Part shown: positions 12,783 through 25,821 of the stretch, piece by piece
Layout: the number at the start of each line of letters is the position of its first letter
Numbering within the stretch: position 1 is the first letter of the stretch
Origin: Stegostoma tigrinum
Lineage: Eukaryota
Assembly: GCF_030684315.1 (NCBI RefSeq)
Contig: NC_081354.1
Span: forward strand, 69,874,685-69,938,684
Direction: 5' to 3'
DNA length: 64,000 bases
The notes under the pieces: generated by a model
The model's database searches: none
Seen by the model: the letters and a program-made list of their open reading frames with translations, nothing else
What the model was told of the DNA's origin: nothing
Translations under genes and position numbers: made by a program

Positions 12783-14553
12783 ACCAGAGAAAGGATAGGG
12801 CCGATCAAGGATTGTAAAGGGAATTTGTATACGAAGCCCCAAGAAATAGGTGAGGCCCTTAGTGAATACATTTCGTCGGTATTCACAACCGAGAGGGACC
12901 TAGTTGTGGAGGAGGACAGTGTGAAACAGGCTGGTAGGCTAGAGGAGGTGGATCTTAATAAGGAAGATGTAATAGGAATTTTGAGGAACTTGAAGATAGA
13001 TAAGACACCCAGGCCTGATCAGATTTATCCAAGGATTCCATGGGAAGCGAGGGAAGAGATCACAGGGACTTTGGCAATGATCCTTTCGTCTTCACTGTCC
13101 ACAGGTATAGTGCCAGAAGATTGGAGAAAGATAAACATAATTTCCTTGTTCAACAAAGGGAATAGGGAAAACCCCAGAAGTTATAGGCCAGTTAGTCTTA
13201 CTTCAGTGATGGGCAACTTATTGGAAAGGGCTCTGAGAGATAGGATTTATGATCACTTAGATAGGCACAGTTTGATGTGTGATAGTCAGCATAGATTTGT
13301 GAGGATCATGCCTCATAGACCTTATTGAAATCTTTGAAGTGGTGACCAAACATGTGGATAAAGGTAGAGCAGTGGATGTGTTATACATGGATTTAAATAA
13401 GTTGTTTGATAAGGTTCCCCATGGTGGGCTCATGCAGAAGGTAAGGAGGCATAGGATGGGGGAGATGTGGCAGATTGAATTCAGAATTGGCTGACCCTTA
13501 GAAGACAAAGGGTGGTAGTGGACGGACAATATCCAACATGGTGCTCAGTAACGAGTGGTGTACCACAAGGATCTGTTCTGGATCCTCTTCTATTTGTGAT
13601 TTTTGTAAATGATTTGGATGTAGGGGTGGAAGGGTGGGTTAGTAAGCCTGCGGATGATATGAAGGTGTGTCGACTTGTAGATAGTGTGGGGTCTGTTCTA
13701 GGTTACAAAGGGACATTGATAAGATGCAGAACTGGGCTGAGGAGTGGTATAATGGAGTTTAACCCAGAAAAGTGTGAGGCGATTCATTTTGGAAGGACAA
13801 ACTTGAAAGCAGAATACAGGGTTAACAGAAAGATTTTTGGCAGTTTGAAGGAGCAGAGGGATCTCGGGGTTCATGTCCACAGTTCCCTGAAAACTGCTAC
13901 CCATGTGGATAGAGTTGTTAAGAAGTTGTATGATGTGTTCGCTTTCATTAATAGAGGGATTGAGTTCAACAGCTGTGAAGTTGCTTCAGCCATACAAAAC
14001 CCTGGTTCGGCCACATCTGGAGTATTTTGTCCAGTTCTAGTTGCTTCATTACAGGAAAGATGTGGAAGCATTGGAAAATATGCAGATGAGATTTACCAGG
14101 ATGTTGTCTGGAATGGAAGGAAGGTCTTACAAGGAAATGTTGAGAGAAGTAGGGCTTTTCTCTTTAGAATGACAAAGGATGAGAGGTGACTTGATAGAGG
14201 TGTACAAAATGATCAGAGGTATAGATAGAGTGGCTAGCCAGAGACGTTTTCCTAGGGTGGAGGTAAGTATTACAGGGGGTCATAGTTTTGAAGTGAATGG
14301 AGGTAGACATAGAGAAGACGTCAGAGGAAGGCTCTTTACTCAGAGAGTGGTCAGGATGTGGAATGTATTGCCGGAGAGGGTAGTGAAGTCGGCCTCATTA
14401 GGTACATTTAAATGGCTATTTTACAGGCATATGGATGATAGTATAAGATAGGGGTGGAGGTTAGATAGACCTCATGTTTAGGGTAAAAACTCGGCACAAC
14501 ATCGTGGGCTGAAGGGCCTGTAGAGTGCTGTACTGTTCTATGTTCTTTGTTCT
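12783..14553 (+). mobile_element. 5'-truncated CR1 LINE
   Basis: Frameshifted RT ORFs 12825-13328, 13512-14189 and 14179-14451 (SYRPVSLTS, GVPQGSVL). Ends in a TGTTCTA-type 3' tail at ~14535-14553. Confidence 0.93.
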
Positions 14554-16549
14554 AGGTCAATAATGTGCCTTTAATTTTTGGAGCTTCAACATCAGCTAAC
14601 AGGCTGTCTTGAATCCATGTCCTGGACACTTAGATCAGGATTTTCAGACACTGCAGAGGACATGAAGATAAAATGGAAAGGGGTAAACAATATTAGCTTC
14701 AGCCCCAGTGTGCTGGTTTTCCAATATCATGCCAGCCATTTTGGGTAATGCTAGTTTGAGACCCAATTCAACTGGCTGGGGGATTGGTAAGTTTACATGT
14801 TTCAGAACAGGGATTCTATATCAGATCATTTGGACTTCCCAACCTTCGCATGATGTCTGCGCAGCCAAAGACTCTAACGTAGAGGAATCCTCTCACACTA
14901 ATGCCCAATGTCTTTGCCCTCCACCCCCAGCCTGTACACACATAGTTTAATGGCATCTTTCAAAACAATGTTAAGACACCCCTTGTAACTTAATGCTGAT
15001 TACAGTTGTTCCCAGGAAAATAGTATTAAACAGCTTCAAAACAATCCAATTCTAGACAACTAAATTAAAGCTTGTGAATAACTGTAAGCATTTCCCTATG
15101 CCACTGGCTGATTTTATGACCTTAAGGTCCCTTTGGACCTTAATTTGGAAAGAAACAGTAAACAGCATTTAATTTGAGGATGTAATCACTTCCTCTCTGA
15201 TATAAATATATCTCCAGTGATGTTGCACCAGTGGAACCGTTTTGTTTCTTTGTCAAACATTTCCCTGAATATTTGTTATTCAGACTGACTTATTGACACA
15301 GAGTTTAAATGGGGCTGAGACCGTGCAGGGAATCACCTTTCACAAGATATAATTGACTAGACATTAGATGTTCTTCCCCAAAATGAAGTTTCACATTGGC
15401 TACAGTTCCACATTTGATAGCTGACTTAGAGGACAGTGACACATTTTAGACTTGGCATTGATCCTTGGGATTATAATAAAAGAGAAACACGTTGCTAAGC
15501 TGAAACTTGTGAATTACAAGAAATGAGAAATCTCACAATTTAATAATACAATTTGCAATGCTGAGCTATATCTTTGGTCATATCAAAAAGTGACCACAAA
15601 CTTCATGTAATTAACTCCTTTCAGAACAAACCACACCTTAAGGCATTTTAGAGTCATCCAAGGTAAGATCATTGGCACCAAACACAGCAGATTATCACCA
15701 AATGTGACTCTCTGAACAGCATTGTCAATGCACACAGGTATCACAGCGCTGACTGATGTATGTCACTCCATAGTTTATGCCAGTGTTAGGCTACAGCCCT
15801 TCAAGATTATATTCAGAGCAAAAATCCTTATATCAACATCAGTTATACTGACTCGTCAGATAAAAAACAACAGTTCCATGACTTAATTGAGCATGCACTT
15901 CCCAACATTCTTACTCAGATTCCTGAGGTAAAATGGAACACATTTTGAGATGGCACCCTCAACTAGTGGGAGGTGACCATAGAAAAATTAAACTGGTTCA
16001 AGATGAACAGCAACTGTGAAGGAAGCTGCCATTGAAGCCTAATGGCCTGCTCTCATTACTTACAAGAGAGATCTGTGCAGGAACACTCAGGATGCAGTAG
16101 GAATTGCTCCAAGGCAAGTTCATCATGTGCCAATGACTTTATTGCAACTCCACCATAGTGTCTCGATGTTCTTTGGCACAATGATGCCAGGGATACATAT
16201 AAAAGGATTAAGTAAAAACACAGTAAAAACATTTTGACAGATGTAAAATATGCTGGTTTCAAGGAAATTGTCATTGCAGAGGCTCCAGACATGATCAAAA
16301 GCTTGCCTATCACAGTTGAGCTGAATATTGAATTCATGGTGCAGGATTTTAACAAAGATATTAGCTCACTTGTTATGGGAAAACCTCCAAGCACTGATAT
16401 TATACAGTTTGAACTCATCTAGCAGAGAAATGCAGCTTCCCTGCAGCATCTGCAGGAATTTCTTTGTCTCATGTAGAGAGAGAGAGCAATGGCCCAGCAG
16501 AGGCATGATGCAAAGATTGCAATTTTGTATCAGGACAAGGGTGACCAAT

Positions 16550-16763
16550 GATAACAAAGTGTGGAGCTGGATGTACACAGCAGGCCAAGCAGAATCTTAG
16601 CAGCACAAAAGCTGATGTTTCGGGCCTAGGCAGATTTTCTGATGAAAGGCCTGAGCCCGAAACATCAACTTTTGTGCTCCTAAGATGCTGCTTGGCCTGC
16701 TGTGTTCATCCAGCTCCACACATTGTCATCTCGGATTCTCCAGCATCTGCCGTTCCCATTGTC
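16550..16763. mobile_element. Fold-back (two inverted arms) PLE family-1 element
   Basis: Left and right arms are reverse complements. TSD CAAGG(G/A)TGACCAATGA at ~16536 and ~16763. Confidence 0.85.
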
Positions 16764-16779
16764 AAGGATGACCAATGAG

Positions 16780-18850
16780 TTTGTTATTTTTGACCTGCTC
16801 TTGTCGTCACTGGTTTTATATGGCTGATCAAGTTCAGTTTTTGCTAAATTACATGTTAGTGGGAGGTCCAAGGATGTTAATATCAAAGAGAAATGGTGAG
16901 ATTTTCAAATATTGAAGACGGCCATTCCCTGACACTTGCACTGTTTTAAATGTTTATGCCACCATCAGCATAAACGTGGATGTTGTCTAGGTCTTTCTGT
17001 CTATGGTTAAGGGTTACATCAATAACTGAGGAGTCATGAGTGGTGTTAACATTATACAATCTTCAGTGGATATTCCCACTGCAAACCTTAGGTTGAAAGA
17101 AATGCAAATGATTAAACAGTTGAAGATAATTTAGAATTCCCAGAAGAACCTCTGTAGAGATGGATAGCTATTGAAATTTGTGACGTCCAACAACTACAGC
17201 CGTCTTTCCTTCTGTTAGCCAATGGAAAGCTTTCTCCTTGATTCCCATTAATCCCAATTTTTCTAGGGCTCTTCAATACCATACTCAGTCAATTGCTATG
17301 TTGTTGTGAGGTTAAATTCCTTTTACCTTACCTCTGGAGATCAGCTTTTTTTCCCCCTTTTATTCATCAATGGGATGAGGGTATCGCTGACCAAGCAGCA
17401 TTTATTGACCATCCCTAATTGCCCAGAGGACAGTTAAGAGTCAACTACACATTGCTGTCGGCCTGGAGTCACAGATAGGCCAGACCGGGTAAGGGTGGCA
17501 GTTTCCTTCCCTAAAGGACATTAGAGAACCAGATGAATTTTTCCTGACAATCATCAATGGATTCATGGGCACCATTAGATGCTTAATTCCAGATATTTAT
17601 TAGATTCAAATTCCACCATCTGCCGTGGGATTTGAAACCACATCGCTGGAATGTTACCTGGGTCTCTGAATTAACAGTCCAGCAATAATAACACTAGGCC
17701 ATCACCTCCCTTTTGTCCCTGTTTAGACCAAGGTTGTAATGAGATCGAGATCTGAGTGACCCCGGTAAAACCCAAAGTGAGCATCAGTAAAATATTCCAC
17801 TTGGTATCACAATCAACAAGCACATTCATCACTTTGCTGATGATTCAGAGTCAATTGATAAGATAGTAATTGATCAGTGTGATTTGGATTGGATTTGTCC
17901 AGCTCTTTTGAGACAGGACATACTTGGGCAATTTTTCATTGCCAAGGAGATGCCAGTACTTATAGCTGTATTCAAACAACCAGGTGCATGGTTAGTTCTG
18001 GAGCATGGTATTTAATACTATTGTCAGATTGTTGTCAGGGCCCATAACCTTTACTGTGTCCAGTGTCTTCGTTCATTTCTTGATATCACATGAAGTGAAT
18101 CAGTCGGTTGAAGGTTTGCTTCTGTGATGCAGGGGGCCTCAGGAGGACGCCGAGATAAATCATTCATACAACACTTGTGGCTGAGGGTTGCAAATGCTTC
18201 CATCTTTTCTTTTACATTGATGTGCAGGGTTCGTCAATAATTGAGGATGAGGATATTTGTGGAGCACCCTCCCATTATTTGTTCATTAGTTGTTGTCTGC
18301 TACAATTCATGGCTCAATAAGGCAAACTACAAGGTGTAGATCTGACCCATTAGTTGTGAAATCGCTCAGCTCCATGTAACATTTGCATTGACTGGCATAC
18401 AAGTAGTATGGTGTAATTTTCCCAGGTTGGCACCTATTTTAAAGTAGGCCTGCTGTTCATCCTGGCATAGCCATTCTATACTATTCAATGAAGCAAGGTT
18501 GATCCTCCACCTTGAGACTAAAGGTACAGTTAGGGATATGACTGGCTGTGAGGTTACAGATTGTGGTAGAATTCAGTTTTGGTGCCAATGGTGTTCCACA
18601 GCACCTAATGGATATCCAGCTTTGAGCTGCTGGATTGATTCTGCATATATCTCAGTTAACACAGTAATAGGGTCACACAACACATTGGGAGACATGCTCA
18701 GTATGAAGATAGGAGTTTGGTGTCTACAAGAATTGCAGGGTGGTCACTATTATCAATACTGCCTTTGACAGACACACCTACAGCAGGCAGGGCGGTGCAG
18801 ATGAGATCAAGTAGGGTCTCCCCTTTTTTATTTGCTTCACCACTATCCAA
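16780..18850 (-). mobile_element. Old degenerate LINE with a nested SINE (~17355-17710)
   Basis: Patchy similarity to the degenerate repeat at 56830-57030. The nested element has a tRNA-like minus-strand head GGGAGGTGATGGCCTAGTG. Confidence 0.45.
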
Positions 18851-19179
18851 AGATTCTGTCCAGCAGCTTTAGTACTCAGCTAGGTTAGTCAGATATAGAG
18901 GTAAAGGAGTATTCCTAGATCGGCTTCATGGTATTGTTAATCAGTCCGTTCAGAAATGTTATTACACACATCATGGGACTTGGACTGAAGTTTCCTGACT
19001 CAGAGGTAGTGACATTACCACTGTGCCAAAGAGGCCTCATCTAGGTCTCTATCAATATTTTCTAATCAGCCTGCTCGGAGAGGTTATTTTACATCTCTGG
19101 AGCGTTTTGGAATTTGAAGGTCTCTTGGCACAGAGGTAAGGACTCTACCACTACACCACAAGAGCCCTCTGGGTTTCCC

Positions 19180-20063
19180 CGACGTAGACGAGGCCACGTT
19201 GGGAACAGCAGATACAATAAACCACATCAGACAATGTGCAGGTGAACATCCGTTTAATGTGGAAGATTTTCTCGGGGCCTGGGATGAAGGTGAAGGGGGA
19301 GGTGTAGAAGCAGGCGTAGCCCTTCCTAAGGTCATAGGGAAAAGTACCGGGTGTGGGAGCTGGAGGGGAGCGTGGAGCAGACGAGGGAGTCACAGAGATC
19401 ACGGTCCCTCTGGAAAGCAGATAAGAGTGGAAGGGAAATATATCATTGGTAATGGGGTCAGATTGTGGAGCACCTATACTCAGTTTGTGACAAACGACTA
19501 CACCTCCCAATTATGAACCACTTCAACTACTCCTCCTACTCCTTGGATGACATGTCCATCCTGGGCCTACTCTAGTGCCACAATGATGCCACCCGAAGGC
19601 TGGAGGAACAGCACCTCATATTCCGCTTGGGAGCCCTGCAGCCAAAAGGTCTCAATGTGGGCTTTACAAGTTTCAAAATCTCCCCACCCCCAACCTCATC
19701 CCAAGCCCAGTCCATCTCATCCCCGCCCCCTTGACCTGTCCGTCTTCCCTCCCATCTACCCCCCCGTCCCTCCTCACTGACCAACCCCCATCTCATCTCC
19801 CTACGTACACTCACCTCTACTGGTTTCATCCCCACCTCGTTGACATGACCTTCTTCTCTCCACCTATCTGCTCCACTATCCACCTTCTAACATCACCTCC
19901 TCCTCTATCTATTTATTTCAGAGCCCTCTTCTCCTGCCCCATTTCTTAAGAAGGGTCCAGACCTGAAACTTCAGCTTTCCTGCTCCCCTGATGCTGCCCG
20001 GTCTGCTGTGTTTATCCAGCTCTACACCTTGTTATCTTCAGCATCAGCAGTTCCAATTATCTC
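19180..20063. mobile_element. Penelope-like element with inverted 5' part
   Basis: 19180-19465 is on the minus strand (VVYCICCSQRGLVYVGET). 19470-20063 is on the plus strand and continues the same domain (HLYSVCDKRLHLPIMNHFN...LIFRLG) to the terminal repeat. Confidence 0.8.
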
Positions 20064-21267
20064 TGCTAGACCAGTTCCCACATTTTGCAATCCTATTGAT
20101 AAAATCTTGAGGATAAAATGCAGTTCAAAACTTTCAAATTGGGTATCACATGCCCCTCCCATCCCTTGGCATGTTAAACATCAGGTGTGATTGCCTAATG
20201 ATGTATGGAAATTTTTGAAGATGTCATTCCTTTATCTTTAAACAAATGTTACCAGTATTACACAAGCCAGAAGGAAAATCTGCCCAGGGCTGATTCCAGT
20301 TTCACTTTATGTGGTGAGGCCTGTAACTGTGTTGGCTGAGAGTTTGTAAAGTGGTTAAGAAAATTCCAGAGTCTGATTTCATTCAAACAGCTGCTGTGTT
20401 GGTGAACCTGTGTGAATTACTGGAAATCACACTATTTTCGATCCCAAAGATCTCTTTGGTTCAATATTCTTTGCTTCAATACAGTCGTGGGTGGCTGAGG
20501 CAAAAGTGACCAAGTATACTGAAACATTTTGTATAGTGTGGCACAAATGCAAAATGATATCCATTCATAGTTAGCTCCCAACATAATCTGAAGCCTTGAC
20601 ATTCCCCCTTAGGGATCACTGTGGATTCACAACATGTGTATTGTGCATTTGATGTGAGGCAATTAAGAGATATTCTAACCATCAGTTTGGTAATCGGGCT
20701 ATTTGAAGTATGCCTCGCACACTAAAAACATTATTCCACAGCAAACACAGCAATTTTTCCTGCTGAAAGCCACATGTGCTGGGGAATGGTTGGGTTTGGA
20801 TCTAAATATGAGAAAATTCCAAACAGTGCCAGCCGCTGAAAACGTGTCTCCAGGCAGCATGACATTTGCGTTTGTACAGCACTGGTAATAGTTAGACATG
20901 CTGCAGTGTTAATCTGTGCAGTGCTATGGAATGGCACTGAAAGCAATACTCTTTGCAAACATTGGCTGCAGTACCATCCTTGATCCACAACCATCAGAGA
21001 AGAGATAAGGTGCTGGACTGCCTCACATGAACTCCTTCAGCCTTAACGCTGTTTGCTGATAAATCATGATGCCTTTAATATTCTCCAGAATTTTATCTAC
21101 TTGCAACACACCTCCTTCTTTCTGTCAGCCCTCAAAATTTGACTTACACGTAATCTTTTGCTGTTGGTTTCAGTTTAGCGCCAACAAATTAAAACTAATT
21201 TATATCTGCTGGTCAGCGAATTTGTCTTTGGAGAACCACAACTTTCCTTTTGGCAGTGAGCTGAATA

Positions 21268-21580
21268 ATCCCTACAGTGTGGAAGCAGGCCATTCAGCCC
21301 ATCCCAACCCTCTGAAGAGCAGCCCACCCCATCCCTGTAAACTTGCATTCCCGATAGCTAATCCACCTATCCTGTGTATCCCTAGACACTGTGGGCAATT
21401 TAACATGGCCAATCTAACCAACTTGCACATCTTTGGACTGTGGGAGGTAACCGGAGCACCTAGAGGAAAACTACGCAGACATGAGGACGACATGCAAACT
21501 CCACACAGACAGTCATCTGAGGGTGGAATTGAACTCAGGTCACAAGTGCAGTGAGGCAGAAGTGCTAATCACTGAGCCAA
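21268..21580 (-). mobile_element. HE1/V-SINE-like SINE
   Basis: Same family as 9705-10036. Confidence 0.85.
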
Positions 21581-21684
21581 AGTGGATAAATTAAGATCAG
21601 AAATGATTAGGTGCAATACTTTTAAGACGACAACATCTAGTTATATTGAGATTTCAAGACAATAACCTGTGCCAATGCATTGTT

Positions 21685-21850
21685 AGTCCAAAGATGCGCA
21701 GGCTAGGTGGATCGGCCATGCTACATTGTCTGTAGTGTTCAGGGGTGTGTGGGTTACATGGGGATGGGTCTGGGTGGGATGCTTCAAGGGGCGGTGTGGA
21801 CCTGCTGGGCCGAAGGGCCTGTTTCCACATTGTAGGGAATCTAATCTAAA
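21685..21850 (+). mobile_element. HE1/V-SINE-like SINE, 5'-truncated
   Basis: Reverse complement of 39840-40010. Has a TCTAATCTAA tail. Confidence 0.85.
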
Positions 21851-22912
21851 ATATGATACCACATCCTGTAGAGAAATGTTAGGTTGGACAATTAAAGCCT
21901 TGGTCAAAGCAATAGTTTTTAAAGAGCAAGAGAAAGCCAGGAAGACAGGCAGACAGATATAGGGTGAGAATTGCAGAGTTTCTGTTAAAGGCAGTTTATG
22001 AAAAGTGCAACCACTAAAAGTAAATTACTAAAATTGTAGATGCTTAAGAGAGCAGAATTAGAGGAGACCGGGTGTCTCAGATGGCAATGGGGCTATAAAT
22101 AGCTGTAGAGATAGGGAGAGGAGCTGCCACTGAGAGATTTGTAAACAAAAGTGAGGATTTTAAAGTCTACTATCTCTGAATTGATTTTAAAGTCAAGATG
22201 TTTTTAAACTGGAAGCACACAGGACATAAAGTATTGGGCTAATGAATAAATGAGACTGCATGTAATTAAAGATCGAAGCAGAAGAGTTTTGGATGACTTC
22301 AAGTTTATGAATGTCAGAGAACAGAAAGAAGTATGTTAGAATTGTCAGGCCTACAGGCAATAAAGTCCTGATGGGGTGTTTCTGCAGAAGATAGTCCCAG
22401 GCAGGTTGTGAATGGTATGGCTTGTTACCAGATGCAGTAGTGCTTATATTATCTCCCATAATATAAGAAACTGTGTATAAATATCATGGTACTGGAGAAT
22501 GTAACTGACATTTATTTACAGCTGACTATTATGTACAAACATGGCATTCTTCCCACACATAAGGTCTTGGATAATATGAAGCTGTTAGTTACAACAGAGC
22601 AGCATGATTCTCGTAGAATTTCATTCTTTAAGTGATCTGAGTTAAGGTAGGAGCATGGGGTTATGTTGGGTTTGATCAGTTCGTAGCAAGGTGGATAAGT
22701 GGGGTGGTAGGGGATCCATTAGCTCAGTTGGCTAGACGACTGAACTGTGATGTAGAGTGTCACAAGCAACATGCGTTCAATCTCTGCACCAGCCAAAGTC
22801 ACCGTGAAGGAGCTGCCTTCTTGATCTCACCCCTCACCTAAGGCATGATGACCTTCAGGTTAAACTCATCATCAGTCATCTCTCTCTAATGAGAGAGCAA
22901 CCTTCTCAAGCA

Positions 22913-23056
22913 ATCTCCCCATCCCCCTCTCTGATGAAGGGTCTAAGCCCGAAACATCAGCTTTTGTGCTCCTGAGATGCTGCTTGGCTTGCTGTGTTCA
23001 TCCAGCTCCACACTTTATTATCTTGGATTCTCCAGCATCTGCAGTTCCCATTATCT
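22913..23056 (+). mobile_element. PLE family-1 terminal fragment
   Basis: CTGATGAAGGGTCTAAGCCCGAAAC...CAGTTCCCATTATC. Confidence 0.85.
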
Positions 23057-23099
23057 CAGCTACAGAAGTCTTATTAGCATATTGTCTGGCATGGGCATT

Positions 23100-24660
23100 T
23101 AGAAAATACTCACGGTAATCAGATAGAATCAACAGACTCTGAAATGGAAACCATGTTAAGCCAAATTATTGGAATTCTTTGAGGAAAAAACATGCTGTGG
23201 AGAAAGATAGATGCAGTATATGTAGATTTGCAAATTAAATAAGTTGCAACATAAATGGCTATTGCTGAAAATGACAGCTCATGGTGTAGTGATTAACATG
23301 TTAGAAAAGTGTCTGATGTTTGGCACAGGCTTGGTGAGCCAAAGGTCCTGTTCCTGTACACTAATGTTCTTTACTCTTGAAGGCCAATATACCATTTGCT
23401 TTCATCGTTGAATGTTGTGCCTGCCTGTCTACTTTCATTGACTGGTGTGCAAGGACCGATCCCTTTGCACTTCCTGATATATCATTATTTAAATACGGCT
23501 CCTGCCTTTACGTCTTGCACACCGAAATGTATTTCTTCACATTTAGCCACATTGTACTGCATCAGCTATGTGTTTGTCTACTCACTCAGCTTGTCTAAAT
23601 CCTCAACTAACTATCCTGGTCTCATGTTAGTCTAAATCTTGGTGCATAGGCTGCAATTTCAAATTTTTTGGATGGTATGAAACATGGAAATATTGTCACC
23701 AATGAAGAGGATAGTGTAGAACTTCAAAAGCACACAGACAAGTAGGTAGAATGGACAAATAGGAGTCAGCAACAGTTCAATGCTGAGAAGTGTGAGGTAG
23801 TACATCTTCTTTGGGAGAACATGGAAAAACTGCACAAGATAAAGGGAATAACTCTAAAGAAGGTGAAGGTACACAGTGATAATGGGAACTGCAATGCTGC
23901 AGAATCCAAGATAACAAAGTGTGAGGCTGGATGAACACAGCAGGCTCAGCAGCATCTCAGGAGCACAAAAACTGTCGTTTCGGGCCTAGACCCTTCATCA
24001 TGATGAAGGGTCTAGGCCCGAAACTTCAGCTTTTGTGCTCTGAAGGTGCACAGAGGCCTGATTAAGTATGTGCCTAGCTCATGAGAGATGGCAGGAAAGG
24101 TGAAGGGAGCAGTTAGTAAAGCACACAGTAGTATGGGTTCATTAATGAGCACATAGAAAACAAGAGCAAGGAGGTGATGTTTAACTTATTAAAAACACTT
24201 ATTTGGCCTCATCTGGAGCTTTGCTTCAGGTTCTGGAAGCACAGTCAAGGAGGGATGTGAGAGCACTGGAGAGGGGCTAGATAATGTTTATGAAACCAGT
24301 GCTGAGGAAATTCAGTTACAAAGGTAGAAGAGAGAAAGCATGCCTGCTTTGCTTGGCAAAAACAAGAGGGAAAGGAGATGTGACTGAAGTATTCAAAATC
24401 ATAAGAGATCTGCACAGAGTAAATAGGGAGAAAATATTCTGACTCCTGAAATGATTGAGAATAAAGAAAAAGCACAGATTTAATGCAGTTGTGGAAGAAA
24501 CAAAAATGCTACAAGTAAAAGCTATTTTCATGCGCCAAGTGGGTAGGACTTGGTTTGCGCTGCGTGACAATGGGGTGGTGTCAGGTCCAGCTGCAGTACT
24601 TAAATGAGAATTGTACAGCCATTTGAAAAAGAACAAAAATTAAGGGGATATAAACAGAAG
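23100..24660 (+). mobile_element. Old CR1 fragments interrupted by a PLE fold-back
   Basis: Degenerate RT-region and C-terminal readings (NLLEFFEE-like, FNAEKCEV, LELCFRFW-like). Confidence 0.6.
23878..24040. mobile_element. Fold-back PLE family-1 element
   Basis: Perfect central palindrome CGGGCCTAGACCCTTCATCA|TGATGAAGGGTCTAGGCCCG centred at 24000/24001. TSD TGAAGGT(A/G)CACAG. Confidence 0.88.
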
Positions 24661-25587
24661 GTTTTGGAGAAGTTCTGCAAGGCCGCTGACATCAATGGAG
24701 GAAGAATCAGGATTATCATTTTAAATCCACAGCTCTGAAGAAGAGTCAGATTGAACTCAAAACATGATCTCTATTTCTCTTTCCATAGATGTGGCCGGAC
24801 ATGCTGAGTATACCTAGTACATTGTGTTTTTATTTCAGATTTCAAGCATCTACAATATGTTGTTTTTTAAAAGAATTAAGGGGAGAGGTCAGGAGACTAG
24901 CACTGAGTGGAATGCTCATTCAGAGAGTTGGCAGTATCATGATGGGCTGAATGGATTCTTTCTGCACTATAATGATTTTGCGCTGTTGCAAACAGATATA
25001 TTAACCTCCACCATCTTCAATTGATTGATTAATATGCTGCTATTGAATATCAAAAATCCTTGAACTAATAGAACCTCTTTCCCCAAGTACACGGCAATGT
25101 GACTGCAGTCTACCCTGACCAGTCACTATTGAAAGTTGGTGTCGTACTGGAGGAAATAGTAAAGAGGAGATACTATGAATATGAGCAAGAAGCAATGCTG
25201 AAATTCATGGACTCCATGGGATTAAAGATGGAGTGGGTGGGGGCCAGGGAACAGGGCAATCTGAAGAAATCTCCATGTCCTTGTGACAAGATGCAAACCT
25301 CAGTTAAGATGATAAAGCTGCTTCCCATGTCTCTACTGATCATCCATTGACTCCTGCAGTGATTTGACTGTTGTTTGGCTCAGGCAGACTTATTAACGTA
25401 AATGCACATTGAATGTAGGATACATCCTGTACAGTTAGGTTGAGTGAGTTAAGAGTGGAAGGAACAAGTATGCAACTGTCCCACCATGGGCTCCGATAAA
25501 GTTACATGTTCATTCAGTTCAGAGCAGTGTTGGTTTGGGGGTGTAAATCAGTGACTAGCCATGATACAACCCATTTGAGATTTAAAT

Positions 25588-25821
25588 AAAAACTGAAAGA
25601 ACTGCGGATGCTGTAAATCAGGATCAAAAAAAGAAGTTGCTGGAAAAGCTTAGCGGGGCTGGCAGCATCTCTGAAGGAAAAAACACAGTTAATGTTATGG
25701 GTCTGGTGAACTGTTGAGGAAGTTCCAAGGAATGGTCACCGGACCCGAAACGTTAACTCTGTTCTTTCCTTCACAGATACTGCCAGACCTACTGAGCTTT
25801 TCCTGCAACTTTGTTTTTGTT
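25588..25821. mobile_element. Fold-back PLE family-2 element
   Basis: Inverted arms with TSD CCATT(T)GAGATTTA. The paralogous site near 44570 is empty. Confidence 0.8.

Noticed and set aside
16550-16763. Classification of the hairpin elements as DNA-transposon MITEs or miRNA genes
   Set aside because: The arms are identical to the 3' termini of RT/GIY-YIG-coding PLEs in this window, arm lengths are asymmetric, and TSD length varies from 12 to 15 bp. There is no evidence for miRNA processing.
18950-19170. Tandem pair of tRNA-like heads on the minus strand
   Set aside because: These are degenerate SINE-type heads, related to pieces at ~35060-35105 and ~52820-52865. No functional RNA is supported.
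22712-22795. tRNA-like sequence (TAGCTCAGTTGG...GTTCAATC)
   Set aside because: No clean cloverleaf, and it continues into a repeat-like body. It looks like a SINE head rather than a tRNA gene.
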